From NCBI RefSeq assembly GCF_006345805.1, contig NW_021832534.1, positions 49,659-113,658 on the forward strand: 64,000 nucleotides of DNA. The letters are read 5' to 3'. Of the stretch, positions 27,200 through 41,620 are shown in pieces. How positions within the stretch are numbered: position 1 is the stretch's first letter; each line of letters opens with the position of its first letter. Made by a program: the position numbers and the translations under genes. The notes below the pieces were generated by a model. That model did no database searches. It saw only the letters and a list, made by a program, of their open reading frames with translations, and had not been told where the DNA came from. Origin of the DNA: Octopus sinensis. Its lineage: Eukaryota.

Positions 27200-27750
27200 G
27201 CGATACACCACTTGTTGTGGCCCCTCATCACACACACACACACAGACCCCAACCATTTTTGGGTCCTACATATGTTTCTTTGGCCTGCTTTCTACATCTG
27301 AATGTCCTTGCTACTACCAGCCAGCCCTTTATAGTGTGCAATGAGCGGTCTACAGCATACCCACCCCAACCGCCACTGGGGCCAATGTCTGCAGCAGGCC
27401 TACCTTTACTTTGGTAGTTATTTATTCTCCTCAACAGGTTTCCCTGTAGTTTACAGAATAATCATCACCTCCTGCTTGGAAGTCATCCATTGAGACACAG
27501 TTATTGCAGGTGGGTGTCTTTCTTTCTTGGTTTGGTGCCATTTACTGAGTTACTGATTCTGCAATGGTTGTCTGTGCCAGCATCAAAGAATACCTTCAGT
27601 CACTAATCTCTGACAGCCAAAGCTTTCTATCGATGGCCGTTTAGTGAAAGAAGTATGTTTGTTTCTTGTCATTTGGTTTTCTCTCTCCAGATATTCGTCC
27701 ATTAGGGCTATGGTTAGTCTGTAGTGGACACCTTTACAAGGTAAGGTACA
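27200..27750 (-). mobile_element. Possible relic of an RLE-endonuclease non-LTR element (HERO/Utopia-like)
   Basis: KQEVMIIL*TTGKPVEEN and INNYQSKGRPAAD...GGWGGYAVDRSLHT resemble KQVVxLELTVPWEEN...CRSKGWxA..PVEVGCRGFxxRSL. Confidence 0.4.
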
Positions 27751-28439
27751 GTAGTTTATAATCCTTTCTACTTAAAGCACAAAGCCTTGAAATTTTGAGG
27801 GAGGGGACGAGTCTATTATATTGATCCCAGTGTTTCACTGGTACTTAATTTATCGACCCCGCCCCACAAAAAAAAAAAATGTAAAGCAAAGTCAACCTCG
27901 ATGGAATTTGAACTCAGAATATAGCAGCAGACGAAATACTTATTTCTTTACTACCCACAAGGGGCTAAACACAGCGGGGACAAACAAGGACAGACAAACG
28001 AATTAAGTCAATTACATCGACCCCAGTGTGTAAATGGTACTTATTTAATCAAATCTGAAATGATGAAAGGTAAAGTCAACCCCAGTGGAATTTGAACTCA
28101 GAACGTAGCAACAGATGAAATACCACTAAGCATTTCGCTCAGCGTGCTAACAACTCTGCCAGCTCACTGCCTTGTGAGAATAAAAGACACACAAAACAGG
28201 AAATATGAAAGAAGCACAGTGTTTGTACCAACAATAAAAGAAGCCATAGAAATATGTTTGCACAAATCAGGACATAAGCGTTGCTTATGGTTTAATCCAG
28301 ATCACATATATCAAGTAGATCAAGGACATTCCAACCATGATCATTCCATCTTGTTCAATTGTCAAGATATAGTGTCTCCATGGTTACATTTTCAAATAGT
28401 TTAAAGACATTTTACATTCAACAGCAACGATTGTTTGCC

Positions 28440-29200
28440 TCACGACACTCCTCTTTGTTTTGCCCCAACCTCTGCATCCCCCACTCACTAACTCTCTGTT
28501 CTCGCTTTTCCCCCTCCGTCACCTTCAACTACAACCTCTTTATTCTTTGCCTCCCACTACTTCTCCCATCCTTCTTCAGCACATGATTTTCCTCCCATTT
28601 CTCTTCACAACATTCATCACTGCCCCTAGATGCCCTTCACTAAAACTTGCATCAGTTGCCCCTTTATTAATCAAAAATCGAAATTTCATTTTATCCATCT
28701 CTACATATTACTTAACCACTTCCCCATCACTCTTTCCATTGCCATCATTCCATACTCCAATAACTTCTTTGCTATATTCAAGCAACAATCTACGAATGGA
28801 TTGTCGTCCCCCTTATACAAAGGAATGAGAGAACTCAATCCCTAATCCACTGGAATATGGTCTTCCTTCATTACCAACCCACAAGTTTCTATCATTTTCT
28901 TCCCAGTTTCTCCCACAACTTCTGTCAGTCTTACCCCCCCCTCTTGGCTATTCTTCTCTTCATCAATCTTTCCATTTCCTCAGTCATCCCCAAACTTTGC
29001 CAACCCATCCATCCTTCACTTCCAACAACCTTCACATCTATCTTAAACAGGTTTCTCAGACCCTCCCTTCAATCTTTGCTCTCCCCTATGCATCCCTTAC
29101 CTCCTTCCTCCCTTTTTAGCCACCCGTTAACATTCATTTCCTCCCTCTCCTCTTACCACACCCCTCGCTGTTTTTTCATTCAGTAAACCTCTTCTTCTTC
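28440..29200 (+). mobile_element. Possible Penelope-like linker relic
   Basis: RHLQLQP...PTT...IFLP...FITAPRCPSLK resembles the PLE segment RHLQxDPTTxxIFPxPPxxAFRRDxSL; weak. Confidence 0.3.
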
Positions 29201-30294
29201 TTCTTACCAATCCTTCCCCCACCTTCATATCCCACCACCACCACCACATCCCCCAGTATCATGATGGTCTCCTCTCCAACCTGACACATCACCAATGACA
29301 CCTAAGGAACTATCTTGCACTTGTTTCCAACTACTTCGAACATACTGTCTTCTACCATGGAGTGGGAGAAGAGGGAGGAGGAGGGGAGGGAGAAGAAGAC
29401 GAAGAAGAAAAGGAAGGAGGAGGGAGAAGAAAAAGACGGAGAAAGAGGAGGGAGAAGAAGAAGAAGAGGAAAAAAGAAAAAGGGGGGGTAGAAAAAGAAG
29501 AAGAAGGGGAGGAAAAAAGGAGGAGGAGGAGGGATAAGAAGAAGAAGAAAAAAGAAAAAGGTGGAGGAGGAGGAAGAAAAAGAAGAAGGAGGAGGGAGGA
29601 GAAGAAGAAGAAGAAGAAGACAAGGATGATGAGCATCATCAGCCCCATTACCACCACAATTGGTACATGACTAGAACTACCAATATTACTACCACATCTA
29701 ACCAGCACCACCAGCACCACAACACTGACTGCAAGAACAAAAGGGAACAAAATACTGAGTAGAAAGGAGATCAGCAGTATTAGGGAAGGGGGGAGGGGGG
29801 AGGGAGAGTCTAAAGACATGGTAGATAGGGAGAGAAAGAGAAACAGAGGGAGACACACAGTGAGAAGAGAGAGAGAGAGCAATAAGTAGATAGAGTGAAA
29901 GAGAAAGGAGGAGAGGTGGCTGAGTGAGAAAGGTTGATGGGGAGGGGAGTGGTATGTCTCAATGAATCCTGGCTATTTTATTGATTGTCCAGCAATGGCC
30001 ACACACCAGCATCACCTCCACCGCCCCCCCTTCCCTCCACTTTCACCCTTAGCCCTCCTCTTCTTCTTCTTTGCTCACTCTCTCCTTCCTCCTCCTCCTT
30101 CCTCCCTAACTACACACCAAGGTAAACACTTTTACCTCCAACCATACATAATTGCTTCAATGATGCACGCTTCGATGCGAATTAATGATGCACCCATCTG
30201 ATGCCATCTACTACTGTACAACAGTGCAACACACGCACACACAAAAACACACACACATACACACATGCACATACATACATGCACACGTTAAAAC

Positions 30295-30360
30295 ATTTGC
30301 ATATATATATATATGGAAACACTCACACATCTACATACATATATATATATATACACGTAC

Positions 30361-30406
<46 letters not shown>

Positions 30407-30439
30407 TATACATATATATATATATATACATATATATTC

Positions 30440-30473
<34 letters not shown>

Positions 30474-30488
30474 TATGTGTGTGTACAT

Positions 30489-30586
<98 letters not shown>

Positions 30587-30791
30587 CATATATACATATA
30601 TAATATACATATATATACATGTATATATATGTATATATACGAATATACACACCACTGCACTGGTAAGGTGCTGTTGTGTTGGCACTTCAAACAAATTCTT
30701 TGTTCTCTTTCAATGTGTGTTGCGGTGTATGTACGACTATGAATGTGTATGTATATGTAGTGAGAGTATATATATAATATATATATATATA

Positions 30792-30830
<39 letters not shown>

Positions 30831-30853
30831 TGTGTATGTATATGTATGTGAGA

Positions 30854-30886
<33 letters not shown>

Positions 30887-31139
30887 GTATGCATACATAT
30901 GCCACACACACATACATATACACACATATATGTATGTATACATACACACTGGTATATACATGTATGTACATGAATTTAGGCAGTGCAATTTTAGCTCACC
31001 TAAGCGAGTTAGTTAATCATTATGTGTGCACAACAACTCAACCAGTTGTCGGTGCTATGATTTTATGTTTATGGGAATTAAACAAACAGGGTGAATGGAC
31101 ATTAAATATAACAAGCAAAGAACATACAGAATACTCTTA

Positions 31140-31208
<69 letters not shown>

Positions 31209-31265
31209 TATATATAATGTGTGTATATATGTATATATATGTATATATATATGTATATATATATA

Positions 31266-31308
<43 letters not shown>

Positions 31309-31325
31309 ATGTATATATATGTATC
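30295..31325. repeat. Compound (TA)n/(TACA)n microsatellite field (representative of many in the window)
   Basis: Direct reading; similar fields at 452-551, 11080-11240, 22310-22440, 31575-31790, 38390-39300, 56800-57085, 61330-61640. Confidence 0.95.
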
Positions 31326-31642
31326 TATACATGTATATTTGTATTTATATACTTTATTAAAAAGCTGGAAAAACATCACAAAAACTGTTACTCAGAGTTT
31401 CATGTTCCCGTTCATCGGACAGTTTTGTTTAGAAACAAAACTGTCCTACAAATGGGTAACAGTTTTTTTTTGATAATTTTGCTGCTTTTTAATAAAGCAT
31501 ATTACTCTACCTCTGGTATTTGAGTACTAATTTTTCCACCTTATTTCACATTTATGTGGTTACTCTGGAACATTTATATATATATATACATACACACACA
31601 CACACACGCATATATATATACACACACACACACATATATATA

Positions 31643-31710
<68 letters not shown>

Positions 31711-32520
31711 ATATACACATATACATATGTGTATGTATATATATGTATATACATATATATGCATGTACAGATATATATATATTCATATACAGACACAGTC
31801 CTTGCCTCCCCCACTTCCCAACACCCTAACCCCACTACACCTTACACCACCATACCGCACATCACAACACACCACCACACACACATCAGCACTGACCACT
31901 TCCTAGACCCACATTTTCACACCTACACATGCACACACGCACACATCAAGATCACCAGCCTTCTTCCATACATACAAGCACACCTTCATTTTGGGATCAC
32001 CACTTCTTTATTATCTCCCCTTCTCCATAGCTCTCCTGTGTGACCCTTCTGTCCGGCATTCGTCATTATAGATCGCTAGCCACTACACATTCTTTATTTT
32101 CTCTCCTTGTTTCTTTGTGTTCCTTTCTGTGGAAGAGCATAGGCTCAAAATATTAAAGACTTTTTCAGTTCCCAAGCATTATACTAATACATCTGTTTGT
32201 TGTCTACACCACTTGTCTTATATATGTATGTATATATCTATCTATGTATCTATCTATCTATATATATATATCAACATCAATTGAATTTGTAGTTGTGATA
32301 CCAGTGCCGGTAGTACATAAGAGAACCATCTGAACGTGGCCGTAGCCAGCACCGCATCGAAGGGCATCCAGCTGTAGAAGCACTACCAGATCTGACTGGA
32401 GCCTGGTGCAGCCTTTGGGCTTCCCAGACCTCAGTTGAACCGTCCAACCCATGCTAGCATGGAAAGCAGACGTTAAACAATGATGATGATGATGATGATA
32501 TATATATATATATAGTATAT

Positions 32521-32593
<73 letters not shown>

Positions 32594-32599
32594 TATATC

Positions 32600-32633
<34 letters not shown>

Positions 32634-33436
32634 TATCAAGGGTATGAAAGGTATTGGTGCCAGGAAGACCCAAAAGGTATCGGGTAAACACTAAGTAAGT
32701 GCTATGGATAGACCATGGTTAAGCTCCAGAATCGATAATAATTGGAGTGAGGAGTCCATCGTGGGCCATGTACTTCCATGCATATATATAAATTGACAGA
32801 ATGCCTTGGGTTTTTTTTATCTCATTCTGTCAATTTATATATATATATGTATGTATGTATGTATATATATGTATGTATGTATATTCATATTATTACCTAA
32901 AAACAATGAATCATGAAATTGGTGGATCACAAAATACTCTCTAACAGAGTGCCGTATTTATTTATTTTTACGTAAGAAATTTGAAAATGTATGCGACTTC
33001 CAATTTTTGACACATTTGCTGTCATCTCATTGGGACTTGGTTTACTCTACGTGGAACATTTTCCAACTTCTATCATTCTTTCTATACATACATATATATA
33101 TATAGATAGAGAGAGAGAGAATTTACTCTTTTCATGTTTATCAGTTTATGATATTTGTGGTTAAGGGGGGAAAAGTGTTTTTGAAGAGTTTTGAAAATAG
33201 AGACTGGCTATTATTGGTGTGGAGACTTGCATGTTGGAGGGTGGATTGAACCAGATAATCTTTGTTTATGGGATTTATGCAGTGAGGGAAGGAAGGAAAG
33301 GATGGCAAAAATTTTTTCTTATGTTCTTTGGTAAAAATTGTTGGTTAATTAGATGTGAATAATTGGTGAGTGTTTGTATGCTATTGTTTTGTGTGTGGGT
33401 GTGTGCTGCTTGTATATATGTACATATATATATATA

Positions 33437-33730
33437 TCTTTATATATAAAATTGAAGTTGTGTGTGTGAGACTCTGTCTCCTCCGATTTAGATTCGTAAC
33501 TACTCCCACATTTAACCAAATGCGGGTATCTTATAGTTGTCATTCATATCGAGCCCTTCTGGGTATTAGCGCAGGTCTACGATGAGTCTACGATTTAAAA
33601 AAAAATTTACCATCATTTTTCCGCATTTTTAATGTTTTTCGCTCGGGTTATATAAGGGAAGTAACTCTCTAAAAATGCTTATATAGTTATTTCCCTTACA
33701 AACCCGAGCAACGCCGAGCGATACTGCTAG
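33437..33730 (+). mobile_element. Non-autonomous Helitron
   Basis: A|TCTTTATATATAAAA 5' end, 3' GC-rich hairpin-like cccgagcaacgccgag followed by CTAG|T, no TSD; second copy at 48343-48721. Confidence 0.8.
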
Positions 33731-33764
<34 letters not shown>

Positions 33765-34048
33765 TATATATATATTTAAATACATTGTATATAAGTATAT
33801 ATGTGTGTGTGTGCATCTTTGTGCTCATATTTGCCCCACTACCATCACCACCATTTAACAACCAGTGTTGGTTTGTTAACATCCTTATCTCTTAGCAGTC
33901 TGACAAAAGAGACCAGTAGAATAAGTGCTAGGCTTACAAAAATAAATCCTGAGGTCAATTTATTCAACTAAACCCTTGAAGGCAGTGCTCCAGTATGGCC
34001 ACAGTTCAGTGATTGAAATAAGTAAAAGATGAAAGATGCACATACAGA

Positions 34049-34385
34049 CGAGGGGGTACCCAAGACAAACTGGAATTTTGCAATATTATTTTATTCCCTT
34101 AGTTTTACATGTTTACACTTTTATCACCTCCAAAATATTCTCCATTCGAAGCAAAGCATCAGTCCGGATGCATTTTCCGCTGTTCAAAGCAGTCCTGGAA
34201 CTTTTACAATGCCTTTTAACGCCTCACTTGTTTTCTTCTTCACCTCTTCCACATCTGCAAATTCCGTAGCACCAGCTTCCATCATCAGTGATGACCTTCG
34301 GAAAAAGGTCCAGATCAACTTCCAATTGTTCTTTCAATTCACGACACACATTCAGTTGTGACTGCTTTTTATCTTCCTGTGGCAA
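34049..34385 (-). mobile_element. One-ended mariner fragment
   Basis: CGAGGGGGTACCCAA TIR-like end; minus-strand VCRELKEQLEVDLDLFPKVITDDGSWCYG (cf. IITGDETWVYGY). Confidence 0.65.
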
Positions 34386-34489
34386 GTGTGTATATGCATG
34401 TGTGTGTGTCCATGTGTGCATATGTATATATGTATGTGTGAAAAAGATGTGTGACGTAAACTCTGGTCACCCTAACCCTAACCTAACCA

Positions 34490-34975
34490 GCAAAGGAACT
34501 GCTATGTGGTTGCTTGATATGGTAGAAATAAGAGCCAAATCTTCCTCACTTCACTCCCTATCATAATAAATCAGATACATTGGATAATGTGCTCCAAAGT
34601 TGATTGTATAAAGGTAAAAGATGGGATGGTCATAGCTGGAAGTAATCTTATCATCTGGTTGAACGATCAGGACTGATTTGGGGTTGTACAGATCTATCCT
34701 ACCCACACATGTTCTCTACAACAAACTACAACTATACACCATTCTCATTTCTGTTCTATGTGTAACATACAAGCAAAATAGCAAGAGACCTGCAAGAAAT
34801 AGCAACCAAATCTCCCTTAAATCACACCATGTCCTTTTGAAAATGAAAGGACATGTTGAATAAGAAAGTTCTAGGTTGTTGTGAATATAAAATCACAAAG
34901 TCAAGATGGTCACAGCTGGCATGTCTTTGATCATATGTCTGCCCTATCAGGACTGACCATGGGCTAAACAACAAC
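34490..34975 (+). mobile_element. Repeat family E (two tandem copies)
   Basis: Shared aaatagcagccaaatc...aaatcacacc...gatggtcat.gctggaatg...gggctaaacaacaac. Other copies at ~6480-6660(-), 18720-18935, 20560-20765, 28190-28420(-). Confidence 0.7.
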
Positions 34976-36040
34976 ATATGTTATATGGACCTATCCAACC
35001 CACAATATTACATTTCATGAAGGCAGCAAGCTGGCAGAAACGTTAGCATGCTGGGCAAAATGCTTTGCAGTATTTCGTCTGTCTTTACGTTCTGAGTTCA
35101 AATTCCACCAAGGTCAACTTTGCCTTTCATTCTTTTGGGTTGATAAATTAAGTACCAGTTGCATACTGAGGTTGATTTAAACGACTGGCCCTCCACCCCC
35201 CAAAAATTTCGGGCCTTGTGCCTAGAGTAGAAAAGAATATTACACTTCATGATCTTGTCAAAGTAATGCAGTGTCTGGTGTCAGTCACCTCCACCCTCAC
35301 ATATTCAGCAGACACACACCTGCATCCCTGCTAATTAACTAATTCATTAACTACACTTACTTCACTGCAATTAATTATCTATTCATTTCTTTCCTTCATA
35401 TAAACACGGCTTCTCTTCACTCCCTCTCTCTTCCCACTCTTTCTCTCTCCCCCCTCATGAGATATGCATATAACTGTGTGTGTGTGTGTATGTGTGTGTG
35501 TGTGAATGAATGTATCTCTACCTATATAACTGTGTATGTGTGTGTGTGTGTGTGTATTTACTGGCATTCCATCAGTTATGACAACAAAGAGGGTCCCAGT
35601 TGATCCGATCAATGGAACAGTCTGCTTATGAAATTAACGTGCAAGTGGCTGAGTACTCCACAGACATGTGTACCCTTAATGTAGTTCTTAGGGAGATTCA
35701 ACAAGACACCGAATGTGACCATGCTAGCCCTTTGAAATACAGGTACAACTCACTTTTGCCAGCTGAGTGGACTGGAGTAACATGAAATAAAGTGTCTTGC
35801 TTGAGGACACAAAACACCACCAGGAATTGAACTCATGGCCTTACAATTGTGAACCAAGTACCCAAAACACTAAGCCACATATATTTTTTTTCATTTCTAA
35901 AAATATATATGTTACTGACAAATTCCTGATAGGTACCCTACATCTTCATTCTACATGGATACCTTGTAACTCCTATTGCAAAGTGAAACATGAGATGGTG
36001 AATAAAGTATAGCAAAAATGTTTTCCATTTTCCTGTTTTG

Positions 36041-36082
<42 letters not shown>

Positions 36083-36138
36083 CACACACCACACACACAC
36101 ATACATACATACATACATACAAACAAAGAAATAATATA

Positions 36139-36649
36139 TATTCTAGGTTGAGGAAAATGTTTGTGTGCCGTGTTAAAATAATGATTTTTTATGCAAGAAT
36201 TTATTCAAAATCAACAACTATTCTTCAAAATGAAGACCATTTTCTTCCACAACCTTCTGCCGATGATCTGCAACCTAGAGATTTGGTCAGAGTTACCAAT
36301 CCTTCTGCTTTGAGTCGAAAATTTCTTGACAGGCTTCTTCAACTTCACAATTCAAATTGCTGACTTGATCGGAACAGTCCGTAGTCAGATGGAGCAATGT
36401 CTGGACTATAGGCTGGATGTGGCAGAACTTCCACACCGTCCAATTCTTCAATTTTGTTGCTGCTCTTTCTGGCAGTATACGGCTTTGCACTGACTTGTTG
36501 AAACAAAGCACGTTTTCGACGAACAAGTCTTAGGTACTTTTCAACCAGCACATCATGGACTCAATCAAGTTGCTTGCAGTAAAGTTCAGCGTTTATGACT
36601 TGACCATTCAGCACAAGTTTGGCACACAAACTTTTTCCTCAAGCTAATA
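36139..36649 (-). mobile_element. Non-autonomous mariner derivative
   Basis: Imperfect ~28-bp TIRs (taggttgaggaaaatgtttgtgtgcc / ggcacacaaactttttcctcaagcta) in TA context; LPHPAYSPDIAPSDYGLFRS. Confidence 0.85.
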
Positions 36650-36689
36650 ATATATATATATATATACATATATATAAAATTTGCTGACA

Positions 36690-37165
36690 TAGCCAATGAC
36701 AGCACCGCCTGACTGGCATCCATGCCAGTGGAACGTTAAAAGCTCCATCCAAGCATGATCATTGCCAAGGCCGCTGACTGGCGCCTGCACATAAAAAGCA
36801 CAATCGAGTGTTTTTGTTGCCAGTGTCACTTTACTGGCACTTGTGCCGGTGGCATGGGAAAAACAACATTCGAGCGAGGTCATTGCCAGTGCCGCTGGAC
36901 TGGCTCCTGTGCAGGTGGCACATAAAATACACTATTTGAGTGTGGTCGTCACCAGTACCGCCTGACTAGCCCTCGTGCTGGTGGCACATAAAAGCATCCA
37001 CTACACACTCAGAGTGGATGGCATTAGGAAGGGCATCCAGCTGTAGAAACTCTGCCAGATCAAATTGGAGCATGGTGCAGTCATCTGGTTTGCCAGCCCT
37101 CAGTCAAACCGTCTAACCCATGCCAGTTTGGAAAGCAGACATTAAACGATAATGATGAGGATGAT
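36690..37165 (+). mobile_element. SINE-like family D with RTE-type 3' tail and (GAT)n end
   Basis: Internal repeats of ctgactggc...gtggcac and tail ttaggaagggcatccagctgtagaaac...aacccatgc.agcatggaaa..gacgttaaa.gatgatg. Other copies at ~17158-17310, 23400-23606(-), 25690-26010(-), 32290-32500. Confidence 0.8.
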
Positions 37166-37201
37166 ATATATATATATATATAAACAATAAACTATGTATA
37201 A

Positions 37202-37769
37202 GGCGCAGGAGTGGCTGTGTAGTAAGTAGCTTGCTTACCAACCACATGGTTCCGGGTTCAGTCCCACTACATGGCATCTTGGGCAAGTGTCTTCTACTAT
37301 AGCCTCGGGCCAACCAAAGCCTTGTGAGTGGATTTGGTAGACGGAAACTGAAAGAAGCCCATCGTATATGTATATATATAATATATGCATGTGTGTGTTT
37401 GTATGTCTGTGTGTGTCCCCCTAGCATTGCTTGACAACCGATGCTGATGTGTTTACGTCCCCGTTACTTAGCGGTTTGGCAAAAGAGACCGATAGAATAA
37501 ATACTGGGCTTACAAAAGAATAAGTCCCGGAGTCGAGTAGCTCGATTAAAGGTGGTGCTCCAGCATGGCCGCAGTCAAATGACTGAAACAAGTAAAAGAG
37601 TAAAAGAGTATATGAATGCAGACATTGCTGTGTAGTAAGAAGCTTGCTCCCCAACCAGACAAGTCCAGGTTCAGTCCCACTTCATGGCACCTTGGGCAAG
37701 TGTCTTCTGTTATAGCCCCGGGCCAACCAAAGCCTTGTGGATTTGGTAGATGTAAACTGAAAGAAGACC

Positions 37770-37820
<51 letters not shown>

Positions 37821-38055
37821 CTGTGTGTGTTTGTGTTGTTGTGTTTGCATTTGTCCCCATCACCACCACTTTACAACTGATGCTGGTGTGTTTACGTCCC
37901 CATAACTTAGAGGTTCAGCAAAAGGGAGCAATAGAATAAGTACTAGGCTTAAAAAAGAAGTCCAGGGGTCAATTTGTTTGACTAAAACCCTTCAAGGGGG
38001 TGCTCCAGCATGGCTGCAGTCAAATGACTGGAACAAGTAAAAGAAAAGAATAAAA
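37202..38055 (+). mobile_element. Two tandem SINE family A copies
   Basis: Both colinear with 19719-20125. Confidence 0.85.
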
Positions 38056-38487
38056 GTACACACATACACACACACACACACATATTATATATATATGTGT
38101 GTGTATGTTGCACATTTTCTCATTCAGTCTTCCTTGGCTGTTCACTTGTGCTGGTCATTCATTGTTCATCGTTTGTTCATTGTTTACGTAAACTATGGTG
38201 AGTATTGAACCACAGAACTCCCTCACTTCAGCCACAGCCGTTTTTCAATTATTCTTGTTTAGGTTTTCTCACCACCAACATTTACGTGTGTGTTTATGTG
38301 TGTTTATGTGTGTGTGTACGTAGTTATATGTATGCGTGGGCATGTAGATCCACATTTTTCTCTGCTCATACATATGAATGCATGTGAGTGTGTATGTACA
38401 TATATATATACAAGCATATATGAGTGTGTACACACACACACACGTATATATATATATATATCTATATATATATATAATATATATATA

Positions 38488-38554
<67 letters not shown>

Positions 38555-38740
38555 ATATGTATGTATACATTTATACACGTATGCGTATATGTAATATATA
38601 TGTACATACATACAAACACACACTCTACATTTGTGTAGTGAGCTTTCTAATTTATCACTTCTCGGTGAATCAATGGAAGTTTATATATTAATTTCTATTT
38701 AGTTAACTATCTCTGTCTTTCTTGCTCTCTTTATCTCTCC

Positions 38741-38771
<31 letters not shown>

Positions 38772-38916
38772 GTATACATATACATATATATATATATATA
38801 TACATATATATACACACGCATATGCTATTAGGAATTTCTGTAACTTTGGCGTCCATAAATATATTGTCAAATTTAAACTCCAAACACTAATCACCAAATA
38901 TGTATTTGTGTATGTG

Positions 38917-38949
<33 letters not shown>

Positions 38950-39052
38950 GTATATATATATATGCATATATATTTATATATGTGCGTGTGTATGTATGTA
39001 TATATATTTATAATGTGTGTGTATGTATTTATATATGTGTGTGTGTGTGTGT

Positions 39053-39100
<48 letters not shown>

Positions 39101-39174
39101 TATACATATATATACGTACATATATGTATATATATATAAATGTATATATATATATTATATATATATATACATAG

Positions 39175-39217
<43 letters not shown>

Positions 39218-40429
39218 TATATATATATATATATATATACATATATTACATATATACACATATATATAATATTATGTACATATATGCATATGTAGACACA
39301 CATACACAGCCAATATATCAGAGAAAAGTCAACAACCTGCCGTTAATGCACCCTGTTGCATACATTAATCAGTGCAGAAAGTGTTTTCTGATTCTATAAT
39401 TAACATTCTAACGAGACAGTACTTGTGTGACCCTAAATGTACCCAGGTACATCAACGCTGATCATTGATATCAGTTACCGGAGAGCAATTGCAGAGGTAG
39501 ACTGATGCGGATTCCAGTAGTGCAGTTGTTATGGTGCAACAGTTTATTGCAATGATGTCCAGTGAGGTGCAGCAGGAAGGCAGGGAGGAGAGGTGCAAGA
39601 TTCTAACAAGCTGTAGCGGGGGGTGGGATGAGGGGAGAGGTCGCAAAAGTGTTAGAGGAGGGTTGATGAGTGATTTCACTAATGAGTCACTTAATGCAAG
39701 CAACATAAAAGTCACCACCACCACCACTATCAACCCATCACCAACACCGCCATCATCATCATCATCATCATTGGGGAGGTGACTGTAATTGTTTGTCAGG
39801 TTCAAATCTTTCAACAATATTGAAACCTGATCTCAATTTTTCTGTCTACAGAGATATTTTATTTAAATACAAGAAATTTTCCATATTTGGGAAAGAGGAA
39901 CTTAAGGGTCACCATCTGATCCATTGGTGTTGATGTTGACCTTTGACTCACGGTCAGTTTCATGGCCTGGTTTGGGCAAGTGATCAATACTAGTGTTATT
40001 TTTGGTGATGGAGAAGAGAAGGTCAGGTGGGCCACCATCGACATACAGAACAAAACCAGAGTTGTCTCCTGTAAATGGTGCCGAAAAGAAGGCCCAGCTT
40101 CCACATAAGTGGCAGTAAAAGCGATTTAATTGCATTCTTGGCAGAAAAACCTAAAGGAACAAATCAAGGGGTTTGCTATTCCTAAGGTGGAACTGAGAAC
40201 ACAAACAGATAGCATACTAGCATCAAAATATATGCAAGTTTTTAAAGGCCAAATATCTCAATGGTGGTTTCTGAGGGAATATTCACAAAATGTTCTGCAA
40301 AGACCAACTCATGGAAATTTCCATAACTAGGTGGAAGAACAATACACCTGTTCTTCCATGGGAATTATGTGGGTGGTTCTTTACACTTTCCTCCTTTTCT
40401 ACCCATCATGGCCTTATTCAGAATAAACA

Positions 40430-40653
40430 GTATAAATGAATGTGGCCTGAGGTTTCTTTGGAAGCAAGGCAACCCACTCAATGACTTCAGGTCCCTAGAT
40501 GTAGATGTGGTGGCCATCAGTGAAACCAGATTTTGATGGATATTTATCCTCATCTTGTTTGTTATCAACACACAGTTTCGGTTGATATACCCTCCAGCCT
40601 TCATCAGGTGTCTTGGGGAAATTTCAAACCTGGGTTCACATACCTAAGGTATT

Positions 40654-40709
<56 letters not shown>

Positions 40710-41620
40710 TTGTTGTTGTTGTTGTCGTTGTCGTTGTTGTTGTTGTCATTGTCGTTGTTGTTCAGGTCACTGCCTGGAATCGAACTCGGAATCTTGGGGT
40801 TAGTAGCCCGCGCTCTTAATCACTATGCCATATGCCCGTGGGCATAATTCCTCATCTCTTAAATATAGAACTGTATTAACTAGTAAGAGAATGAAAGAAT
40901 TTCTATTTCTATGAGCTGAGGAGTGGTAGAGCTGTGGAGGAAAGACCTGAGCAAGGTGGACCCCATTGATAATTTTTGGGTCATCATCCTGTTAAATGGA
41001 GACTTCAAAATTTTGACCAAGTTGTTAGCAAAGAGTTTGGTGCTTATTGTTGGTAGTTTGGTCAATGATACACAGAACTGTGCTATCCACAACAGATCTA
41101 TCTATGTCAACATCCACTTCATGTGAAACATGATAGAGAGGATGGACAAGGAATATGACATGGGTGGGGATCTGATCAACTTAAATCAATCAAAAACCTT
41201 CAAAAGGGCCAGCCAGCAATACTTGGTGGCTGTCCACCCAGCAGCCAGTGTTGGTCCTGTCTTCAGGGGTTGAATCACAGCAATGTAAAGCAACATCTAT
41301 TCAGTGGTCAGAATTAATGACCACCTGTCCAGACCATTTAGTATCATGCTCTCAGCCCATCAATGTCCTCCCCGTCTCATCTCTTCTCTATGTGCTAACT
41401 CTAGAGCCACTACTGCGGAGACTAGAGACTTTGAGGGGCATCCCAAATGAACTAAGATGCAGAAGATTTGTATCAGCAGACACGCATCACATCACCATCA
41501 TAGTGTTGGACACCAGAACTGGTAAAAGGGACCAAAATGAATCCCATAAAGGAGGACATTCAAGCTGGGACCCATGGGTAATTCCCAGAAATTTCTGGCC
41601 TAGCAACGCTAATGAGAGGC
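40430..41620 (+). mobile_element. Decayed L1/Tx1-type LINE (APE start and RT), interrupted by a Penelope-type tail and a SINE
   Basis: NECGLR...LNDFRSLDVDVVAISETRF (APE); IILLNGDFKILTKLLAKSLVLIVGSLVNDTQNCAIHNRSI, INLNQSKTF and LLYVLTLEPLLRRLE (Tx1-like RT). Confidence 0.8.
40567..40612 (-). ncRNA. Decayed hammerhead motif in a Penelope-type tail
   Basis: Minus strand gacac-CUGAUGA-A-GGCUG-gagggtatat-CAACC-GAAAC-ugu-gugtt; stem I gacac/gtgtt, stem II with one mismatch. Confidence 0.5.

Noticed and set aside
27691-27740. Plus-strand 50-nt exon-like segment (ctctctccag|...aag|gtaagg)
   Set aside because: Isolated, with no partner exons, and overlaps a probable retroelement relic on the other strand
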